From Candidatus Latescibacterota bacterium (GTDB taxonomy: Bacteria > Latescibacterota > UBA2968): a DNA stretch of 64,000 nt. Position numbers and translations under genes: made by a program. The notes beneath the pieces were generated by a model, which worked only from the letters and a program-made list of their open reading frames with translations, searched no databases and was not told the origin of the DNA. This document shows, in pieces, positions 58,801 through 64,000 of the stretch. The stretch's first letter is position 1. The number at the start of each line of letters is the position of its first letter. The stretch spans positions 288,001 through 352,000 of the forward strand of contig OZ241986.1 in NCBI GenBank assembly GCA_965204375.1, given 5' to 3'.

Positions 58801-60096
58801 TCAGATTTGACGGTGTATATTAAAAAAACGCCCTGTTTTCGTCAAGATTTCCGTGTGCTTAAAAAGCAAATACGGGATGCCCACCAGCGCCAACCCACCG
58901 TATTCTACCCATTGAACCCACACGGCTTCTTCCCATACACCACGGGCCTGATATTGGATCAAAATATGGTAGGATAAGACCACCAGAAGTGAGAAAGTGA
59001 TCCAGGGCGGATGCCGAAAAAAAACGAGAAATGGAATTAACCACACGACATACCACGGATGAAGCGTAGGTGTCAGCAGAACAAAGGCCGCCGCAGTCAG
59101 ATATGCGCAGCGCAACAGGGGAATTCTCTTCCAGATCAGAAACAGAACCACACTTAAAAAGAGCAAGCCAATAATGCCACGCGCTATCTGCCCATTGCCG
59201 CAAAGCAGAATGAGTACATCGAACATCGCGCTGTTAAACGACCAGTGTTGTGCATAAGTGCTCAGGCTACCGAAGACAGATGCGCCGGCCCAGGCATAGG
59301 GCAAATATCCCAGTAGTACGACACCGGGCACCATGAGCAGTGCCGACCAATTGGTTGGCAGCCATCCTTTCCAGCGCACGAAATACGGCAAAAAAACAAG
59401 AGGGAGGAATTTCACCAAAACAGCCCCGCCCAGCGCACTTAGCGCAATGCGATCTCGTCCTGTTAAGAATAAGTACAGTGCGGCTAACAAAGCGACGATG
59501 CCCAGCGATTCGATATGTCCATTTCCTGCGATTTCCACCACGATTAGCGGATGCCAGAAGTAAATTAAAACCCATTGTGGCCGCTGCTCAAAATGCCTGA
59601 GCAAACAGACTATAAGCCATCCCGCAATCAGGTCGGCACACACGAGTAGCACCTTGATGCCCAGTATGCCACCCGAAATCCCATATCCTACCCAGAATGC
59701 CATTTGGGCAATGGGCGGATAAACGGTGGGCAATTCGGGGTGGTTAATTTTGGGGAAAATGAGCGCGTCTCGTACATGCACCAGTTCTTGTGCTGCAGGT
59801 GCAAACCGGTAGGGGTTGACGCCCGCCCACTGTACGCGTCCATCCCACACATAGCGATAAATGTCATCGGATAGCGCGGGAATAGAAAACAAAAGGCTAA
59901 GCCGAAAAACAACGGAAACGATCACAATAGCGGTCAATGGCACATATTTACAATGCCAGATGGCAATGAGATAGGCCACAGATGCAATGCCAAAAAGTAT
60001 AAAAAAAACCGGCACATGCTTGCCCAATGCCGGCATTGCAGCAAAACTGCTCGTCATGACCAACCCCATCAAAAGGGGCACGATCCACCGCTGCAT
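58801..60096 (-). CDS. GT-C membrane glycosyltransferase (GT87-like)
   Basis: SDDIYRYVWDG, TVYPP, WHPL..EIAGNGHIE, LHPWY. Confidence 0.85.
   Translation of the reverse strand: MQRWIVPLLMGLVMTSSFAAMPALGKHVPVFFILFGIASVAYLIAIWHCKYVPLTAIVIVSVVFRLSLLFSIPALSDDIYRYVWDGRVQWAGVNPYRFAPAAQELVHVRDALIFPKINHPELPTVYPPIAQMAFWVGYGISGGILGIKVLLVCADLIAGWLIVCLLRHFEQRPQWVLIYFWHPLIVVEIAGNGHIESLGIVALLAALYLFLTGRDRIALSALGGAVLVKFLPLVFLPYFVRWKGWLPTNWSALLMVPGVVLLGYLPYAWAGASVFGSLSTYAQHWSFNSAMFDVLILLCGNGQIARGIIGLLFLSVVLFLIWKRIPLLRCAYLTAAAFVLLTPTLHPWYVVWLIPFLVFFRHPPWITFSLLVVLSYHILIQYQARGVWEEAVWVQWVEYGGLALVGIPYLLFKHTEILTKTGRFFNIHRQI
58817..58845 (-). promoter_or_regulatory. Internal sigma70-like promoter for the TPR-moxR operon
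   Basis: TTGACG-17 bp-TAATAT inside the 3' end of the GT gene. Confidence 0.5.
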
Positions 60097-60107
60097 AAGT
60101 ATCTCTT

Positions 60108-60251
60108 GACGAATAGACGAATAGACGGAGCGGGGTACAACTGGCCGGTGAACGAGCCTGAAAAGCGGCTCGTTGTACACCATCCTCAGGCCAGTTCATA
60201 GACGAACCCCGCTACCCCAAGTCAGTGCAAATCCCGATTCGTTGATTCGTT
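60108..60251. repeat. Composite intergenic repeat, copy C (inverted) with an extended hairpin module
   Basis: (ACGAATAG)n...GGGGTACAACTGGCC...GGCCAGTTCA...(GATTCGTT)n. Confidence 0.8.
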
Positions 60252-61158
60252 ACCGCTGGTCTTGCTCAATATGTCGCCGATGCGTGTTAATTTGCAAAAC
60301 GATTTTGCCCTGCTTAAATACGCGAACTGTTCCTGTTGACTCAGAAATAGCCAGGGCGATGGCTCGGGTAGTTTTGGTAATCGCCGCCGCCGCCACATGC
60401 CGTGCGCCCAACCCCTTGGGCAAAGTGAGACCGCGCACACTCGCTGAAATATAGCGCCCTCCAGATATAATAACCCCATCTTCCCGAATAATAAATGCGC
60501 CATCCATCAGCGATACTTCTTTGACCCCTTCGTGAACATCGGGATTGCAGATATTTTTTTCTTTATCGGAATATCCGCGAAAAGGATCAAATGTCATGGA
60601 TCGCGAATGGTGCAAAACCCGTTTGGAATCGCCAATGACAAATAAGGTGCCGACCGATTCGCCTTCGCGACCTTCCTTGCCAATATTGATGGCAAGATCG
60701 AGCGTGGTTTTGACAACTTTGAGCGGTAAATTGCCCGCTATGGCTGCAATTTTTGCCGGGTCGTATATATCAAACCCAATACTGGTATCCATCACCGTTA
60801 TCGCATCTACGCCCCGAGAGGCCAGCATGCTACTCAGGCATACCAATCGCGCATCTCGGCGAATATATCCACTCTCCAGGCCCCTGATAATGCATTGTCG
60901 CAATTGTTCGAAGGGAGTGCCATCACTTCTGCGATAATCATAAGTTAAACGCTGTACACCCTTTTCTTCCACACCACTCAAAAAGTGTTTTTTTCCCGTA
61001 ACAATCAGGACCTGACAGGTGGCGTTCAGCCTGTGAACATCATCTTGGCTCACGCCGGAATTAGCCACGAGCAGGATCATATCAGCGCAGGTTTCCCGTG
61101 CCAAACTTTTGGCAGTACTCAGCAAGGGCTGCGTGTGATTTTCGTTTGATTTAGCCAT
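60250..61158 (-). CDS. Diadenylate cyclase (DisA_N domain, DacZ-like N-terminus)
   Basis: EGREG..VGTLF, MDGAFII, GARHVAA, ISESTG. Confidence 0.88.
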   Translation of the reverse strand: MAKSNENHTQPLLSTAKSLARETCADMILLVANSGVSQDDVHRLNATCQVLIVTGKKHFLSGVEEKGVQRLTYDYRRSDGTPFEQLRQCIIRGLESGYIRRDARLVCLSSMLASRGVDAITVMDTSIGFDIYDPAKIAAIAGNLPLKVVKTTLDLAINIGKEGREGESVGTLFVIGDSKRVLHHSRSMTFDPFRGYSDKEKNICNPDVHEGVKEVSLMDGAFIIREDGVIISGGRYISASVRGLTLPKGLGARHVAAAAITKTTRAIALAISESTGTVRVFKQGKIVLQINTHRRHIEQDQR

Positions 61159-61211
61159 ATTATGAGAAGGTCATGCTGGCCCTGTAAATACGCCCCAAAA
61201 CTACCGTTTAA

Positions 61212-61831
61212 CTACCGCCGGGAGGAGAAGCGCCGCCGCCGACCATAAGTCACATTTTCTTCTTGAGATACGTTGTGCGACGCTATGACCCCTCCCCGTT
61301 CTAAATCTAAAAATTCCCCGGGAATATGTTTGGTCAATATGGTTGGGCCACAATCGTAGAAATGCACGCCAGCCTGATGGGCGCGTGTCGCTGCAATGCG
61401 TATGACTGCCCCTCGGCGTCCGGGTCTGGCACTTAACCGCGCGGCGACATCGGCGTCAAATGACAAATGTACATAATCGCGATCATCTGGTACCAGACCC
61501 TCAGATAATAATCGCTCAACATCGGCGGAATCCACGCCCTTGTACAAAAATTCGGGTGGTTCTGATGGATCGAGGCCCAGATCGATGGAAAACTGTGCCC
61601 ATAACGCGCGCGAATGCGATTTTCCACAATCTCGAAACGTTGCTTTTCTCCATCATAAACCACTTTTTCAATATCTTCAAGAGTAAATGTCGAATTTCGG
61701 TCTTGAAATGCACGTAAAACCTCGTCGAGGTCGGCAAAACCATAGCGATCGACTTGCAGTCCAAACTCATCGGGCCTGTGTCGCAACATCAATGACAACA
61801 ATTTGGAAATGTGTACAATTCTTGGTGCCAT
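61212..61831 (-). pseudogene. kptA: RNA 2'-phosphotransferase Tpt1/KptA, split by a 1-nt frameshift
   Basis: SKLLSLMLRH, KQRF, IRARYGHS in one frame; PPEFLY, RDYVHLS in another; shift at 61589-61592. Confidence 0.85.
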
Positions 61832-61855
61832 GCGCTTTCTCCGTAATAATAATCT

Positions 61856-63223
61856 CTATGAAAACACCACATCTTGCGCGGCATCCACATCCTGAACGCC
61901 AATCAACGATAGGCCATCGGGAATGCGCGCCCCACTCAAATTTGCTTTGGCGGCAATACACCGCGTGAAGCCCAGTTTGCGCGCTTCGGTCATTCTGCGT
62001 TCAATTTGACCAACCGCACGCACTTCTCCGCCCAATCCAACTTCGCCAATTACAACCGTATCGCGGGACATCTGTCTGCTGCGAAAGCTCGACGCCATAG
62101 CCATAGCTACACCCAGATCGACAGCGGGTTCGTCAATGCGCAGGCCTCCTGCGACGTTTAAAAAAATATCCTCAGTACCCAATTGCAGGCCCGATCGTTT
62201 TTCGAGCACGGCAATTAAAATCGCCATCCGCCGCGCATCAAATCCCGTGGCCACGCGCTGCGGGTACCCGAAATTGCTGCGACTGACCAGTGCTTGTACT
62301 TCGACCAAAATGGGACGTGTACCTTCAATTGTGCAAACAATGGCTGTGCCTTCTCGGTCGGCCTCGCGCTCGGGCAAGAATACCTGTGAGGGATTATCCA
62401 CTGCGACCATCCCCCGATCACACATTTCAAAAATGCCAATTTCATTTGTCGAGCCAAACCGGTTCTTGGCAGCCCGCAAAATGCGAAATGCACCGTGTTG
62501 TTCGCCCTCCAGGTAAAGTACGGTATCGACGATGTGTTCGAGCACGCGCGGTCCTGCAACCGTGCCTTCTTTGGTGACATGCCCGATTAAAAAAATCGAT
62601 GTGCCCGTGCGTTTGCCCAGTGCCACCAGTTTTGCAGAAGATTCTCTGACTTGTGCCACACTTCCCGGCGCGCTTTGTAGATCTGGGCTAAAAATGGTCT
62701 GCACCGAATCGACCACAACCGCAATGGGCTGCATTTCTTCGATGTAGCCGCAAATTAGATCGAGATTGGATTCAGAAATCAAGTACAATTCATCGGATAA
62801 CGCGCCGATTCTTTGGGCACGCATCCGCGTTTGGCGAGGGGACTCTTCTGCGGATACGTACAGCGTCTTCATACCCGAAAACGCGAGTTGTGCAACGCCT
62901 TGCAAGAGCAATGTGGATTTGCCAATGCCGGGATCGCCACCGACAAGCGCAGCCATGCCGGGCACTATGCCGCCACCCAATGTGCGGTCAAATTCGCCGA
63001 TAGCTGTCTCAATGCGGTCTTCTCTGCCGCCCACCACTTCCGTAATCGGCTGCGGCGGATTTGCTTTGATCCATTCTTCCGCACGCCTGTTTTGTTTTAC
63101 ATCGGGCGATGCCTGTTCTTCGACACAGGTGTTCCATTCACCACAGGATACACACCGACCAAACCACCGTCTCGAATCAGCACCGCATTGCTGACATACA
63201 TACCGCACGCGCACTTTGCCCAT
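61856..63223 (-). CDS. radA: DNA repair protein RadA/Sms
   Basis: CQQCG..CVSCGEW Zn finger, GDPGIGKST, KNRFG, GEVGLGGEVR. Confidence 0.98.
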   Translation of the reverse strand: MGKVRVRYVCQQCGADSRRWFGRCVSCGEWNTCVEEQASPDVKQNRRAEEWIKANPPQPITEVVGGREDRIETAIGEFDRTLGGGIVPGMAALVGGDPGIGKSTLLLQGVAQLAFSGMKTLYVSAEESPRQTRMRAQRIGALSDELYLISESNLDLICGYIEEMQPIAVVVDSVQTIFSPDLQSAPGSVAQVRESSAKLVALGKRTGTSIFLIGHVTKEGTVAGPRVLEHIVDTVLYLEGEQHGAFRILRAAKNRFGSTNEIGIFEMCDRGMVAVDNPSQVFLPEREADREGTAIVCTIEGTRPILVEVQALVSRSNFGYPQRVATGFDARRMAILIAVLEKRSGLQLGTEDIFLNVAGGLRIDEPAVDLGVAMAMASSFRSRQMSRDTVVIGEVGLGGEVRAVGQIERRMTEARKLGFTRCIAAKANLSGARIPDGLSLIGVQDVDAAQDVVFS

Positions 63224-63235
63224 GGGCTATTTTCC

Positions 63236-64000
63236 TCAGGGAAATTCGCGATAGATTTCGGGGTTTTCAAAGCGAAGAAATTCCGCCTGAAAGGTCAAAA
63301 AAACGCTGCCAATCGGCCCGCTACGCTGTTTGCCCAATATGATCTCAGCCACGTTTTCTTGCGTATTGCCCTCTTCATCTACGATGCCATATACCTCGGG
63401 GCGAAAGAGAAACATCACCACATCCGCGTCCTGTTCCAGCGAGCCACTCTCGCGCAAATCGGCCAATTGTGGCCGTTTATCCGTGCGACTTTCCACAGCT
63501 CGCGACAATTGCGCACAGGCAACGAGCGGAATATCGAGTTCTTTGGCGAGGGCTTTCAGGGACCGCGAGATATAGGCGATTTCCTGTTCGCGGCTGCCAA
63601 AACTTTCAGATGTGGTCATCAGTTGTAGATAATCGACAATGATTATCTCAATATTGTATTCGGATTTGGCGCGGCGCGCTTTGGCACGCAGTTCCATGAC
63701 GGAAATAGCAGGCGTGTCATCGATGTATATGGGGGCTTCAATGAGCTTTCCCGTCCACTCGGATAAGCGCTGCCATTCCTCTTCTGATAGCCTGCCCGTT
63801 CGCAAACGGTGCGAACTCACGCGCGCTTCTGCACACAAGAGTCGCTGTGCGAGTTGCTCTGTTGACATTTCCAGAGAAAAATACAATACGGGTGTACTGC
63901 CCTTCACGGCGGCATTGCGCGCCATGCACAATGTGAGTGCTGTTTTGCCCATCGATGGACGCGATGCGAGGATGATCAGGTCCGAAGACTGCAAGCCCGC
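63236..64000 (-). CDS. dnaB: Replicative DNA helicase, C-terminal part (5' end outside the window)
   Basis: ASRPSMGKT, SLEM, VDYLQL, QLSRAVE, DLRESGSLEQDAD. Confidence 0.97.
   Translation of the reverse strand, partial: AGLQSSDLIILASRPSMGKTALTLCMARNAAVKGSTPVLYFSLEMSTEQLAQRLLCAEARVSSHRLRTGRLSEEEWQRLSEWTGKLIEAPIYIDDTPAISVMELRAKARRAKSEYNIEIIIVDYLQLMTTSESFGSREQEIAYISRSLKALAKELDIPLVACAQLSRAVESRTDKRPQLADLRESGSLEQDADVVMFLFRPEVYGIVDEEGNTQENVAEIILGKQRSGPIGSVFLTFQAEFLRFENPEIYREFP

Noticed and set aside
60097-60183. N-terminal extension of the glycosyltransferase
   Set aside because: It is translation through repeat copy C; the same peptide (RPVVPRSV) appears in a spurious ORF across copy B

Overview
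Bacterial chromosomal window of about 50% GC. GWxTD, PorV-like and Omp85-peptidase proteins and many D-S/T-x sequons suggest an FCB-superphylum organism (Latescibacterota/Gemmatimonadota-like); this is inference. Housekeeping and envelope genes lie at both ends: sucD, rpiA, era, L,D-transpeptidases, an M28-FtsX giant protein with an OPT-like transporter, and dnaB-radA-kptA-DAC-GT87-moxR-DUF58-ABC. The centre (about 26-46 kb) is accessory. Its core is a co-oriented 13.5 kb locus (27.4-40.8 kb) encoding a dead and a live trypsin-TM-FHA pair, a MotA/ExbB channel, a MotB/ExbD-like anchor carrying a vWA domain, two FHA adaptors, a membrane PP2C and four near-identical Ser/Thr kinases with exchangeable C-terminal modules. 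One kinase ends in a DGR-like variable region; another appears to have captured a small gene together with its RBS. Intact, orphan and decayed toxin-antitoxin genes, a HipA-like kinase pair and an AAA-PD-(D/E)XK gene surround it. Also present are a CP-ATP-grasp/alpha-E/transglutaminase operon and a three-copy composite REP-like intergenic element. No rRNA, tRNA, CRISPR array, integrase, transposase or reverse transcriptase was recognised. All calls come from reading motifs by eye; no database search was run.
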